NCBI GenBank assembly: GCA_965216755.1 | Contig: CBDCGL010000011.1 | Location: 512,001 to 576,000, forward strand | DNA: 64,000 nt | Source: Alphaproteobacteria bacterium | GTDB lineage: Bacteria; Pseudomonadota; Alphaproteobacteria; UBA7887 | Direction of reading: 5' to 3' | Shown: one piece after another, positions 28,564 to 38,445 of the stretch | Layout of the letters: every line of letters begins with the position of its first letter | How positions within the stretch are numbered: position 1 is the stretch's first letter | Notes under the pieces: generated by a model | What the model saw: only the letters and a program-made list of their open reading frames with translations | Told to the model about the DNA's origin: nothing | The model's database searches: none | Position numbers and translations under genes: made by a program

Positions 28564-29861
28564 CCAAACCTTTGCGCATAGCGATCGCTGGTCTGGGCAC
28601 TGTCGGCGCCGGCACTGTTCGGCTGTTGGACGAGCATCGCGACTTGCTGGGGCTCCATTGCGGTCGCGCCATCGATGTCGTCGCTGTTTCCGCTCGAGAT
28701 CGTAATCGCGATCGCGGCATCGATTTGCGTGACACAACCTGGCACGACAACGCCATGGCACTTGCCGAAGCCGAATGTGATGTTGTTGTTGAATTGATCG
28801 GTGGCGAGGATGGCATTGCCCTGGACTTGGTGAAGGCGGCGTTGTCGCAGGGCAAGCATGTGGTCACCGCGAACAAGGCACTATTGGCGCATCACGGTAC
28901 TGAACTGGCGACGTTGGCCGAAACGAACGGATCGCTCTTGGCATATGAGGCGGCCGTTGCCGGCGGTATTCCGATCATCAAAGCGCTCCGCGAAGGCTTG
29001 GTCGCGAATCGGATCGAGCGCGTCTACGGGATACTCAACGGCACGTGCAACTATATCTTGACCGAGATGGAGCAGACCGGCCGGCCGTTCACTGATGTCC
29101 TGGCTGACGCGCAGGCCCATGGCTACGCCGAAGCGGATCCCAGTTTCGACATCGACGGTATCGACACCGCCCATAAACTGGCGATCATTACGAGTTTGGC
29201 GTTTGGCAGTGAGATCGATTTCGATTCGGTCTATGTCGAAGGAATCCGGGCCGTTACGCCACTCGACATTGTCTTCGCCGACGAACTTGGCTACCGGCTC
29301 AAATTGCTCGGCGTGGCGCGCCGAATCGGCGACCGACTCGAGCAACGCGTTCACCCCTGCATGGTTCCGAAGTCGGCGGCTATCGCCCATGTCAGCGGCG
29401 TGCTCAACGCGGTCGTTGCTGAAGGCGATTTCGTTGGCAATACAGTGTTCGAAGGCGCCGGCGCCGGCGCCGGCCCAACCGCTTCGGCCGTCGTCGCGGA
29501 TTTGGTCGACGTCGCGTCCGGCCGCGCCGGGCTTGCGTTCGGCGTCCGCGCGCGCGATCTGGTGGTTGTCGATCCTCTGCCGATGGACGAACGTTTTGGA
29601 TCCTACTTTGTCCGACTCATGGTCGTTGACCGCCCCGGTGTGATCGCGGACATTACGGCTTGTTTTCGGGATCACGACGTATCAATGGAAGCGATGGTGC
29701 AGCGCGCACGCAAGCCTGGCGAAGCAGTGCCTGTGGTTGTAACAACTCATGAAGTCGTCGAGCGGTCGATGGCTGCCGCGCTGTCTCAGATCGGCCGCCT
29801 CGACACGGTGCTCGAACCGCCGCGGCTTATCCGCATCGAGTCTTTCGACGGACGCTTGTGA
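28560..29861 (+). CDS. hom: Homoserine dehydrogenase with ACT domain
   Basis: GLGTVG, VTANKA, EAAVAGGIP, GILNGTCNYIL and GYAEADP motifs; C-terminal DRPGVIA. Confidence 0.96.
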   Translation: MTKPLRIAIAGLGTVGAGTVRLLDEHRDLLGLHCGRAIDVVAVSARDRNRDRGIDLRDTTWHDNAMALAEAECDVVVELIGGEDGIALDLVKAALSQGKHVVTANKALLAHHGTELATLAETNGSLLAYEAAVAGGIPIIKALREGLVANRIERVYGILNGTCNYILTEMEQTGRPFTDVLADAQAHGYAEADPSFDIDGIDTAHKLAIITSLAFGSEIDFDSVYVEGIRAVTPLDIVFADELGYRLKLLGVARRIGDRLEQRVHPCMVPKSAAIAHVSGVLNAVVAEGDFVGNTVFEGAGAGAGPTASAVVADLVDVASGRAGLAFGVRARDLVVVDPLPMDERFGSYFVRLMVVDRPGVIADITACFRDHDVSMEAMVQRARKPGEAVPVVVTTHEVVERSMAAALSQIGRLDTVLEPPRLIRIESFDGRL

Positions 29862-29899
29862 GCGATAAATTCACCTCGATCATCCAATAGGGAAGAATC

Positions 29900-30886
29900 A
29901 TGGATGAGACCCAAACGCTAGACCGCAATCTGGCTCTGGAGGTCGTGCGGGTTACGGAAGCGGCCGCCTTGTCATGTTCGCGTTTTATGGGGCGCGGCGA
30001 CGAACGCGCGGCGGATCAAGCCGCTGTCGATGCGATGCGCAAGGCTTTGAACGGTTTGTCCATCGACGGCACGGTCGTGATCGGCGAAGGCGAACGTGAT
30101 GAAGCGCCGATGTTGTATGTCGGCGAAAAGGTTGGGGCGGGCGGACCGAAAGTCGATATTGCGTTAGATCCGCTCGAAGGCACGACGATCTGCGCAACTG
30201 GTGGGCCCAATGCCTTGGCGGTCATCGCCATGGCGCAAGAAGGGGGGTTGCTCAACTCGCCAGATGTATACATGGACAAGATCGCGATTGGCGGCGGCTT
30301 GCCGGCTGGCGTTGTCGATTTGGACGAGAGCGTCAAAACCAATCTCGCCAATCTTGCCAAGGCAAAGAAACGTGATGTTTCCGACCTGGTCGCGTGCATT
30401 CTCAATCGTCCGCGCCATGAGGAACTTATCGCCGAGGCGCGCGAGGCGGGTGTGCGGATCCAACTTATCCAGGATGGCGACGTTGCCGGCGTCATCGCGA
30501 CCGCGCTTGAAGACACGGGAATCGACATCTATCTGGGCAGCGGCGGCGCGCCCGAAGGGGTCTTGGCGGCCGCCGCACTGCGCTGCATCGGTGGTCAAAT
30601 GCTTGGGCGGCTGATCTTTCGCAATGACGACGAGAAAAAAAGGGCAGCGCGCGTCGGCATCACCGACTTGAATCGCAAATACTCGATGGAAGAAATGGCC
30701 CATGGCGACGTCATGTTTGCGGCAACCGGCGTAACGGACGGTTCAATGTTGCGGGGCGTGCGACGCACGGGCAATGGCGCGACCACGCAATCGTTGGTCA
30801 TGCGGTCGAAATCCGGCACTGTGCGCGTTATTGACGGCCGACACGATTTCAAGCGGAAGGGTCAGCTTTCGGGTGTGCCCCGCTGA
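29900..30886 (+). CDS. glpX: Class II fructose-1,6-bisphosphatase
   Basis: RVTEAAA, GEGERDEAPML, DPLEGT, GAPEGV and ATGVTDG motifs. Confidence 0.96.
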   Translation: MDETQTLDRNLALEVVRVTEAAALSCSRFMGRGDERAADQAAVDAMRKALNGLSIDGTVVIGEGERDEAPMLYVGEKVGAGGPKVDIALDPLEGTTICATGGPNALAVIAMAQEGGLLNSPDVYMDKIAIGGGLPAGVVDLDESVKTNLANLAKAKKRDVSDLVACILNRPRHEELIAEAREAGVRIQLIQDGDVAGVIATALEDTGIDIYLGSGGAPEGVLAAAALRCIGGQMLGRLIFRNDDEKKRAARVGITDLNRKYSMEEMAHGDVMFAATGVTDGSMLRGVRRTGNGATTQSLVMRSKSGTVRVIDGRHDFKRKGQLSGVPR

Positions 30887-32666
30887 GTGTCAACACGCAA
30901 GCCAGTGTGACGCGTTTCTCGGTGTAGACCGGTCGATCGGTGGGCGCCGATGGCAGGCGCGCTGCAGCGACGAACGGATGGCCTTGGCCATAGCTCAAGC
31001 CATCGACGCACCGGAGATTGTTGGACGCGTTCTGGCCGGCCGTGGCGTCTCGGTAGAGCACGCCGATGGCTATTTGAACCCGAAAATGAAACACCTGATG
31101 CCCGACCCGTCGACGGTACGGGACATGGATGTGGCGGTCCCACATTTGGTCGCGGCGATCGATGCTGGCGAGAAACTTGCCGTGTTTGGTGACTATGACG
31201 TGGACGGCGCCACCTCTTCGGCGTTGCTCGCGTCATATTTCGCGGATTTGGGCGTCGCCTTCGAAGTTTACATCCCGGATCGGCGGCGTGAAGGCTACGG
31301 TCCCAATGTGCCAGCGCTTCAACAACTGCACGCGAAAGGTGTGCGAACCGTGATCACCGTCGATTGCGGTACGACGTCCTATGACGCCCTGACTGCGGCG
31401 CGCGACATGGGGCTGGAGGTCATCGTCGTTGACCACCACTTGGCTGAGACGGCGTTGCCGCGTTGTCGGGCCGTGGTCAACCCAAACCGTCTTGACGACA
31501 ACAGCGGCTTGGGCGCGTTGGCCGCGGTCGGTGTCACATTCCTGTTGGTTGTCGCTCTCAACCGTGCCCTGCGGAAAGGCGGCTATTTTGACAAGCGCGC
31601 TGAGCCCTCTTTGATGCAATGGCTGGATCTGGTGGCGTTGGGCACCGTGTGTGACTTGGTGCCTATGATCGGCCTCAATCGGGCGCTGGTCGTACAGGGG
31701 CTTAAGATTCTAGGCCAGCGTCGCAATGTTGGGCTCGCGGCGCTTGCCGATGTGGCCGGTGCCGCCAACACACCAGATACGTATATGCTGGGATATGTGC
31801 TCGGACCCAGAATTAACGCTGGCGGTCGTGTCGGACAGGCGCGGCTGGGACACGAGCTGATAATGTCTGCATCCGAGGCAACGGCAACAGACATGGCGCG
31901 CCAGCTCGACACTTTGAATGCCGAGCGCAAGGCAATCGAAGCCGACGTGCTCGCACAGGCTGAAACACAGGTTAACCTGGCCGGCGAACTGCCCCCGGTG
32001 CTGATAGCCGCAGGGGACGGCTGGCATGTGGGCGTGCTTGGCCTCGCCGCCAGCCGTCTCACCGAACGCTATGGACGCCCCAGCATCGTTATCGGTTTTG
32101 ACGGCGATGTCGGCAAAGGGTCCGCGCGGTCTGTCCCTGGCGTTGATATCGGTGCCGCGATCGTCGCCGCGCGTCAAGCGGGCACTCTGTCGAGTGGCGG
32201 AGGCCACGTCATGGCGGCTGGGTTGTCTGTGATGCGTAATAATTTCGAAAAATTTGCCACTTACATCCAGAACCGCGTGGCGTCGCTGGCAACCCAAATA
32301 GGGCCTCTGAGATTGGGATTGGACGGCGCGCTGGCGGTGCCGGGCGCGACGTCGGCGTTGATTGATTTGCTCGACAAGGCTGGGCCCTATGGGACCGGCA
32401 ACCCGCAGCCCAGATTTTGTTTTGCCAATCTTAGAGTGACCCGCGCAGACATCGTTGGCGCTGAACACGTTCGTTGCACGCTTGCTGATGCCGCGGGGAC
32501 CAAACTCAACGCGATCGCCTTTCGCAGTGCAAATTCGCAACTGGGCGCCGTTTTGCAGCAAAGCATTCAACGCCCCATACATGCTGCCGGCAAATTACAG
32601 CGTGACAGGTGGCGCGGCCGGGGCGCCGTGCAACTAATTTTGGACGACATCGCTTACGCCGACTAA
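30873..32666 (+). CDS. recJ: Single-stranded-DNA exonuclease RecJ
   Basis: GDYDVDG, EGYG, TVDCG, DHH, ALGTVCD, PRINAGGR and GGGH motifs. Start uncertain; GTG 30873 chosen. Confidence 0.93.
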   Translation: MCPAECQHASQCDAFLGVDRSIGGRRWQARCSDERMALAIAQAIDAPEIVGRVLAGRGVSVEHADGYLNPKMKHLMPDPSTVRDMDVAVPHLVAAIDAGEKLAVFGDYDVDGATSSALLASYFADLGVAFEVYIPDRRREGYGPNVPALQQLHAKGVRTVITVDCGTTSYDALTAARDMGLEVIVVDHHLAETALPRCRAVVNPNRLDDNSGLGALAAVGVTFLLVVALNRALRKGGYFDKRAEPSLMQWLDLVALGTVCDLVPMIGLNRALVVQGLKILGQRRNVGLAALADVAGAANTPDTYMLGYVLGPRINAGGRVGQARLGHELIMSASEATATDMARQLDTLNAERKAIEADVLAQAETQVNLAGELPPVLIAAGDGWHVGVLGLAASRLTERYGRPSIVIGFDGDVGKGSARSVPGVDIGAAIVAARQAGTLSSGGGHVMAAGLSVMRNNFEKFATYIQNRVASLATQIGPLRLGLDGALAVPGATSALIDLLDKAGPYGTGNPQPRFCFANLRVTRADIVGAEHVRCTLADAAGTKLNAIAFRSANSQLGAVLQQSIQRPIHAAGKLQRDRWRGRGAVQLILDDIAYAD

Positions 32667-32742
32667 CGGCCTACATTATCGCTTGGGTCGTTCTTCACTT
32701 CGCGCGCGAATACCAGTAAATATCTGAAAGGACAGCACATAT

Positions 32743-33807
32743 ATGGCAGGTCAGGTAGCGTTGATTACCGGTGTCACGGGCCAAGATGGCGCGTATCTGG
32801 CGGAACTCCTGTTGAACAAAGGTTACGAGGTGCACGGCATTAAACGCCGTTCTTCGTCATTCAATACGGGCCGGGTCGATCACCTCTATACGGATCCCCA
32901 CGAGCAACCGAGCCGCTTCCGTCTGCATTTCGGTGACCTTACTGACGCGACCAATCTGATCCGGCTGATGCAGGAGATAAAGCCCAGTGAAGTGTACAAT
33001 TTGGGCGCCCAAAGCCATGTCCAAGTGAGCTTTGAAACGCCAGAATACACGGCCAACGCAGATGCACTGGGAACATTGCGCTTGCTCGAGGCGATACGGT
33101 TGCTCGGCATGGAAGAATCGTGCCGATTTTATCAGGCCTCGACGTCAGAGCTCTATGGCCTGGTCCAAGAAACGCCGCAACGGGAGACGACTCCCTTTTA
33201 TCCGCGCAGCCCATATGCCGCTGCAAAACTCTATGCCTATTGGATTTGCGTAAATTACCGCGAAGCCTATGGCATTCACGCGTCCAATGGGATTTTGTTC
33301 AATCATGAAAGTCCCTTACGGGGCGAAACCTTTGTGACGCGCAAGATCACCCGGGCCGTCGCCGGGATTCAGCTGGGGCTCCAAAAGCAGCTCTATTTGG
33401 GAAACCTCGACGCATCGCGCGATTGGGGCCACGCCAAGGATTATGTCGACGGGATGTGGATGATCTTGCAGCAACCGAAGCCGGATGATTATGTGCTGGC
33501 AACCGGTGAAACCCACACTGTTCGAGAGTTCGTCGAACTCGCTTTCAAGCAAGTTCAACGCACAATCGCGTGGCGCGGTCATGGTCCCGATGAAGAAGGT
33601 TATGACGAGAACAGCGGCGATGTGCTGGTCAAGATCGACGCGCGTTACTACCGACCCACCGAGGTTGATTTGCTGCTTGGCGACGCGCGCAAGGCGAATC
33701 AAGTGCTGGGATGGCGGCACAAGACCTTGTTTCAGGACCTGGTCGCTGAGATGGTGAGCGCCGATCTCAAACTCATGGCGGCGAACCCGCGTGTCGACAA
33801 CGAATAG
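32743..33807 (+). CDS. gmd: GDP-mannose 4,6-dehydratase
   Basis: [41 protein letters not shown] and RDWG motifs. Confidence 0.97.
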   Translation: MAGQVALITGVTGQDGAYLAELLLNKGYEVHGIKRRSSSFNTGRVDHLYTDPHEQPSRFRLHFGDLTDATNLIRLMQEIKPSEVYNLGAQSHVQVSFETPEYTANADALGTLRLLEAIRLLGMEESCRFYQASTSELYGLVQETPQRETTPFYPRSPYAAAKLYAYWICVNYREAYGIHASNGILFNHESPLRGETFVTRKITRAVAGIQLGLQKQLYLGNLDASRDWGHAKDYVDGMWMILQQPKPDDYVLATGETHTVREFVELAFKQVQRTIAWRGHGPDEEGYDENSGDVLVKIDARYYRPTEVDLLLGDARKANQVLGWRHKTLFQDLVAEMVSADLKLMAANPRVDNE

Positions 33808-33882
33808 TGAAGACGGTTTCGCCTGCGGCCGGCCGCTCGGTCGCGGGAGTCCCAGGTTCACAGCTAGTGAGGAGACGAGCAT

Positions 33883-34770
33883 ATGGAAACGCGTGTGCGC
33901 AAGGCGGTTTTTCCCGTTGGTGGCCTGGGAACGCGTTTCTTGCCGGCGACCAAATCGATGCCCAAAGAGATGTTGCCGGTGGTCGACAAACCCCTTATCC
34001 AATATGCCGTGGAAGAGGCGCAAGCTGCTGGAATTGAAGAGTTTATTTTCGTGACCGGACGTGGCAAGAACGCCATCGAGGACCATTTCGATCGCGTCTA
34101 TGAGCTTGAAGATACGTTGCGCGCCAAAGGCAAGACCGATGCGCTGGAATCCGCCAAGCAGTCACAGCTTCCCCCGGGGTCAATCGCCTACACGCGGCAA
34201 CAAGAGCCACTCGGCCTTGGGCACGCGGTGTGGTGCGCGCGGAACCTGATTGGCGACGAACCTTTCGCAATCTTGCTCGCCGACGATTTGGTCCTTTCCA
34301 CGATGCCGTGCCTTGCGCAGATGACGGCCGCCCACGCGGAGACAGGCGGCAATTTGGTGGCGGTCATGGATGTGCCACGCGAAATGACCAACCGCTACGG
34401 GATACTTGATGTGGGCGCCGAGACCGGGCGCATGGCTCAAGTGCGCGGGTTGGTCGAAAAACCCGATCCGCGCGATGCGCCGTCGACCCTGTCAATCATC
34501 GGCAGATACATTCTGCAACCACAGGTGTTTGACCATCTTTCCAAGCAGGAGCGGGGCTCGGGCAACGAAATCCAGCTGACCGACGCCATGGCGAAAATGA
34601 TCGGTGCCACCCCGTTCCATGGCTACCGTTTTGAAGGGCGCCGTTACGACTGCGGCAGCAAGGTGGGATTTCTCGAGGCGAATCTCGCCTTCGCACTTAA
34701 ACGGCCCGATATCCGTGACGACATGGCGGCGATTGTGTGTGATGCAGCGGCCGCAATTGTCGACGATTAA
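33883..34770 (+). CDS. galU: UTP-glucose-1-phosphate uridylyltransferase
   Basis: GLGTRFLPATK, PKEML, GLGHAV, VEKP and EIQLTDA motifs. Confidence 0.96.
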   Translation: METRVRKAVFPVGGLGTRFLPATKSMPKEMLPVVDKPLIQYAVEEAQAAGIEEFIFVTGRGKNAIEDHFDRVYELEDTLRAKGKTDALESAKQSQLPPGSIAYTRQQEPLGLGHAVWCARNLIGDEPFAILLADDLVLSTMPCLAQMTAAHAETGGNLVAVMDVPREMTNRYGILDVGAETGRMAQVRGLVEKPDPRDAPSTLSIIGRYILQPQVFDHLSKQERGSGNEIQLTDAMAKMIGATPFHGYRFEGRRYDCGSKVGFLEANLAFALKRPDIRDDMAAIVCDAAAAIVDD

Positions 34771-34782
34771 AGGACGAACTCT

Positions 34783-36123
34783 ATGCGCATTGTGATGGTC
34801 GGCACTGGTTATGTTGGTTTGGTGTCAGGCGCCTGCTTTTCGGAATTTGGCGTGGAGGTCGTCTGTGTCGACAAGGACACCCGCAAAATCGAGGGGCTCA
34901 ATCGCGGACGTATTCCGATCTATGAGCCCGGCCTGGATACGTTGGTTGAAAAGAATGTCCGCGCCGATCGGCTGTCTTTTACCGACGATATCAAGGTTGC
35001 TCTCGACGGTGCCGACGCCGCGTTTATTGCGGTCGGAACGCCAAGCCGGCGGGGTGACGGACACGCCGATTTGACCTTTGTGGACGCGGCCGCGCAAGAG
35101 ATCGCTGCGGCCATGAACGGTCGTATGGTGATCGTCTCGAAATCAACGGTGCCTGTTGGGACCGCGAGCCGCTTGGAAGGCATAATCGCCGCGGCGCGCC
35201 CGGGCGCCGAGCCGGGCCGCGATTTTGACGTGGCCTCGAATCCTGAGTTTCTGCGCGAGGGGTCTGCGATCGAGGACTTTATGCGCCCGGACCGCGTGGT
35301 TTGTGGCGTCGCGTCCGAGCATGCGCGCGCGACGTTGAGCGCGCTCTATAGACCGTTGTTTTTGCGGGAGACGCCGATCATTTTCACGTCGCGCGAAACG
35401 GCGGAATTAACCAAATATGCAGCCAATGCTTTTCTTGCTACCAAAATCACGTTTATCAATGAAATGGCCGATTTGTGCGAGATGGTCGGTGCCAACGTCC
35501 AAGACGTTGCGCGCGGCATGGGCCTTGACGGACGCATAGGCAACAAGTTTCTGAACGCCGGACCTGGTTATGGTGGCAGCTGTTTTCCCAAGGACACGCT
35601 GGCGTTGGTGCGCACCGCGCAGGAATTTCAAGCGCCGAGCCGTATCGTCGAAGCCGTTGTTGCCGTAAATGAAGAACGTAAGCGTCGTATGGCCGAAAAG
35701 ATCATCGAGTCGTGTGGTGGATCGGTCGACGGCCAAAGGATTGGGGTGCTGGGTGTCACGTTCAAACCCAATACCGACGACATGCGCGACGCGCCCAGCC
35801 TGAGCATTTTGCCTATTTTGTCCGACGCCGGCGCATCCATCGTGGCCTACGATCCGGCGGGAATGAACGAGGCGCAATCCATAATCGAGAACGTTGATTG
35901 GGCAAATGACACCTACGCGGTCGCCGAAGGCGCGGATGCCCTGGTGATTCTTACCGAGTGGAACGAATTTCGTGCACTCGACTTGGCGCGGCTCAAACGA
36001 TTGATGCGACGCCCGCTGTTGATCGATCTGCGCAATATCTACACGGCTCGTGAGCTTGATGCGGCGGAATTCGCCTATGTCAGCATTGGCCGCTCGCCCG
36101 TTGGCTTAGAACGCCTAGATTGA
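34783..36123 (+). CDS. ugd: UDP-glucose 6-dehydrogenase
   Basis: GTGYVG, IAVGTP, KSTVPVG, NPEFLREG, GYGGSCFPKD and FKPNTDDMRD motifs. Confidence 0.94.
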   Translation: MRIVMVGTGYVGLVSGACFSEFGVEVVCVDKDTRKIEGLNRGRIPIYEPGLDTLVEKNVRADRLSFTDDIKVALDGADAAFIAVGTPSRRGDGHADLTFVDAAAQEIAAAMNGRMVIVSKSTVPVGTASRLEGIIAAARPGAEPGRDFDVASNPEFLREGSAIEDFMRPDRVVCGVASEHARATLSALYRPLFLRETPIIFTSRETAELTKYAANAFLATKITFINEMADLCEMVGANVQDVARGMGLDGRIGNKFLNAGPGYGGSCFPKDTLALVRTAQEFQAPSRIVEAVVAVNEERKRRMAEKIIESCGGSVDGQRIGVLGVTFKPNTDDMRDAPSLSILPILSDAGASIVAYDPAGMNEAQSIIENVDWANDTYAVAEGADALVILTEWNEFRALDLARLKRLMRRPLLIDLRNIYTARELDAAEFAYVSIGRSPVGLERLD

Positions 36124-36136
36124 GGAACGCCGCCGC

Positions 36137-37525
36137 ATGACCGAAGCACGGACTTTGCACTCGCATACATTGCGCGAATATGACATTCGCGGCGTTGTCG
36201 GCGAGACGCTCAAAATCGATGATGCGCGTGCCATAGGGGCAGCGTTCGCCACGATAGTGGCGGATCGAATTCACGCCAATCCCGCCATTTGCCTTGGTTA
36301 TGACGGTCGTCTGACGTCCCCGGAACTGGCCAGTGCGTTGGAGAGCGGCATGATGGGGGCTGGCGCGCAAGTCACGAATGTCGGCTTGGGGCCAACGCCG
36401 ATGCTTTATTTCGCGGCCAAAACGTTGGCGGCCAGCGCTGGCATCATGGTTACGGGATCCCACAATCCACCGGATTTCAACGGCTTTAAGATGGTTTTGG
36501 ACGGCAGGCCGTTTTTTGGCGAGGATATTCAAGCGTTGGGTCGTGTGGCGGCCGCGGGCGAATTTGCCCAGGGTGCAGGGTCTCGTGCCGATCGACACAT
36601 CGAAGCTGACTATGTGGACCGATTGGTATCCGAGTATCGCGCGACGCGTGGCCTGACAATTGTTTGGGACCCGGGCAACGGTGCCGCCGGGCATGCCACC
36701 GAAGAGCTGGCGAAGCGGCTTCCTGGGCGCCATACCGTGATCAACGGACAGGTCGATGGCACTTTTCCCGCCCACCATCCCGATCCGACCGTTCCCGAGA
36801 ACCTTGTTCAGATTATCGAAGCAGTCCGGTCGTCCGGCGCCGACCTTGGCATTGCGTTTGACGGCGACGGCGATCGCATCGGTGTGGTTGACGGCGATGG
36901 TAGGATTTTGTGGGGCGACCAGATTTTGGCGTTGTTGGCGGCCGATGTTTTGGTCGATCTCCCCGGCGCGACCATTATTGCCGACGTAAAGGCCAGCCAG
37001 GCCCTTTTTGACGAGATCGCCGCGCGTGGCGGCGAGCCCTTGATGTGGAAAACCGGCCACTCGCCAATCAAGCAAAAGATGGTTGAAACAGGGGCACCGC
37101 TCGCCGGCGAGATGAGCGGCCACATCTTCTTTGCCGACCGCTATTATGGCTATGACGATGCGCTTTACGCAGCGGTGCGCCTGCTTGATTTGACAGCGCG
37201 GTCGGACCGAACATTGGCCCAGATGCGCGACGCCTTGCCGAAGAAGGTGAACACGCCCGAACTTCGCTTCCCCTGCGCGGATACGGAGAAATTCAAAATC
37301 GTCGCCGATGTCCGTACGCGCCTCGAGGCGCGTGGTGCGACGCTGTCAGCTGTCGACGGCGTCCGCGTCACCACCGACGACGGTTGGTGGCTTCTCCGCG
37401 CTTCGAATACTCAGCCGGTGTTGGTGGCCCGCTGCGAAGCCGCGGATGATGCGGGTCTCGGACGGCTGAAAGCGGCTTTGAGCGCGACTTTGCGCGAGAG
37501 TGGTGTGGAGCCGCCGACAATATAG
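36137..37525 (+). CDS. Phosphomannomutase/phosphoglucomutase (AlgC/ExoC type)
   Basis: REYDIRG, TGSHNP, DGDGDR, GEMSGH and RASNT motifs. Confidence 0.94.
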   Translation: MTEARTLHSHTLREYDIRGVVGETLKIDDARAIGAAFATIVADRIHANPAICLGYDGRLTSPELASALESGMMGAGAQVTNVGLGPTPMLYFAAKTLAASAGIMVTGSHNPPDFNGFKMVLDGRPFFGEDIQALGRVAAAGEFAQGAGSRADRHIEADYVDRLVSEYRATRGLTIVWDPGNGAAGHATEELAKRLPGRHTVINGQVDGTFPAHHPDPTVPENLVQIIEAVRSSGADLGIAFDGDGDRIGVVDGDGRILWGDQILALLAADVLVDLPGATIIADVKASQALFDEIAARGGEPLMWKTGHSPIKQKMVETGAPLAGEMSGHIFFADRYYGYDDALYAAVRLLDLTARSDRTLAQMRDALPKKVNTPELRFPCADTEKFKIVADVRTRLEARGATLSAVDGVRVTTDDGWWLLRASNTQPVLVARCEAADDAGLGRLKAALSATLRESGVEPPTI

Positions 37526-37584
37526 GCGCGACATGGGCGGCCGGGTGCAATCAGTGCCGCGGTGCAGGGAAAGGACATGGAACC

Positions 37585-38340
37585 ATGGCGACACAGGCCA
37601 CTAACGTTGATGCCGTAACTGCTCTCGATGCAATCAGTGCCGCCATGCCTATTGCTTTCGAGACCGTTGGGGTTGCAGGTGCGGTCGGTTTGGTCATCGT
37701 TGATGAGGTCAACGGATTTGCGACGGTCGGCGCGGGGAATTTGGCACCGGCCCAGCAAAATGACCAAGTCGATCGCATGATCTTGGAAACGGACCGACTG
37801 GCGCGCGCGTTCGCCGAACGACAGCAGGCAATTCTGGCTTTTTTGGACACGCACGAGCCCGGTATGCCGGAGCCACCCTATCCGTCCCATTGTGAAGCTG
37901 GGACGGGCGAGGAGGATTTGGTGCCCGCGCTGGCTTGGCTGGCAACCTGCCCGCAGGCAACCTTGGTGCGGAAAGACTGTATCAACGGATTTGTCGGCGC
38001 TATCGACGCCACCAGTGGGCGCAATGGGGTGGTCGACTGGGTCAATGCAGGCGCATTGGAGACGGTTTTGGTCGTCGGCATATGTACGGATATCTGTGTG
38101 ATGGATTTTGTGCTGACATTGCTGTCAGCGCGTAATCACGGCCTGATGCCAGCCTTGCGTGACGTTGTCGTATATGAACCCGGTTGCGCGACATATGACT
38201 TGAGCAGCGGCGTCGCGGAAAGCCTGGGATTGCCCAAGACGGCGATTCACCCGCAGCAGGCGACCCATCATATGGGGCTGTATTTCATGCAGTCGCGCGG
38301 CGCGCGGTTGGCGAGTGGTTACAATTGGGGCGCAAACTGA
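37585..38340 (+). CDS. Isochorismatase-family hydrolase; plant NIC1-like nicotinamidase
   Basis: Asp-Lys-Cys triad contexts IVDEVNGF, RKDCINGF and GICTDICV; metal residues in DTH and SHC. Confidence 0.82.
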   Translation: MATQATNVDAVTALDAISAAMPIAFETVGVAGAVGLVIVDEVNGFATVGAGNLAPAQQNDQVDRMILETDRLARAFAERQQAILAFLDTHEPGMPEPPYPSHCEAGTGEEDLVPALAWLATCPQATLVRKDCINGFVGAIDATSGRNGVVDWVNAGALETVLVVGICTDICVMDFVLTLLSARNHGLMPALRDVVVYEPGCATYDLSSGVAESLGLPKTAIHPQQATHHMGLYFMQSRGARLASGYNWGAN

Positions 38341-38394
38341 CCGCGCGTATAGAGTACGAGCGCATCGCACGCGCTCAGGTTCTTCGCGCATGCA

Positions 38395-38425
38395 GCAATC
38401 CGCTGATCCATATCGGCCGGATTGC
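38395..38425. terminator. Hairpin between convergent genes
   Basis: Outer stem GCAATCCG...CGGATTGC with inner pairing CTGAT/ATCGG. Confidence 0.45.
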
Positions 38426-38445
38426 AACGACGGTTAATTGACAGG

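Noticed and set aside
32667-32742. Possible tRNA after recJ, and tmRNA near smpB
   Set aside because: No cloverleaf, T-loop or tmRNA features are visible in these or other intergenic regions.
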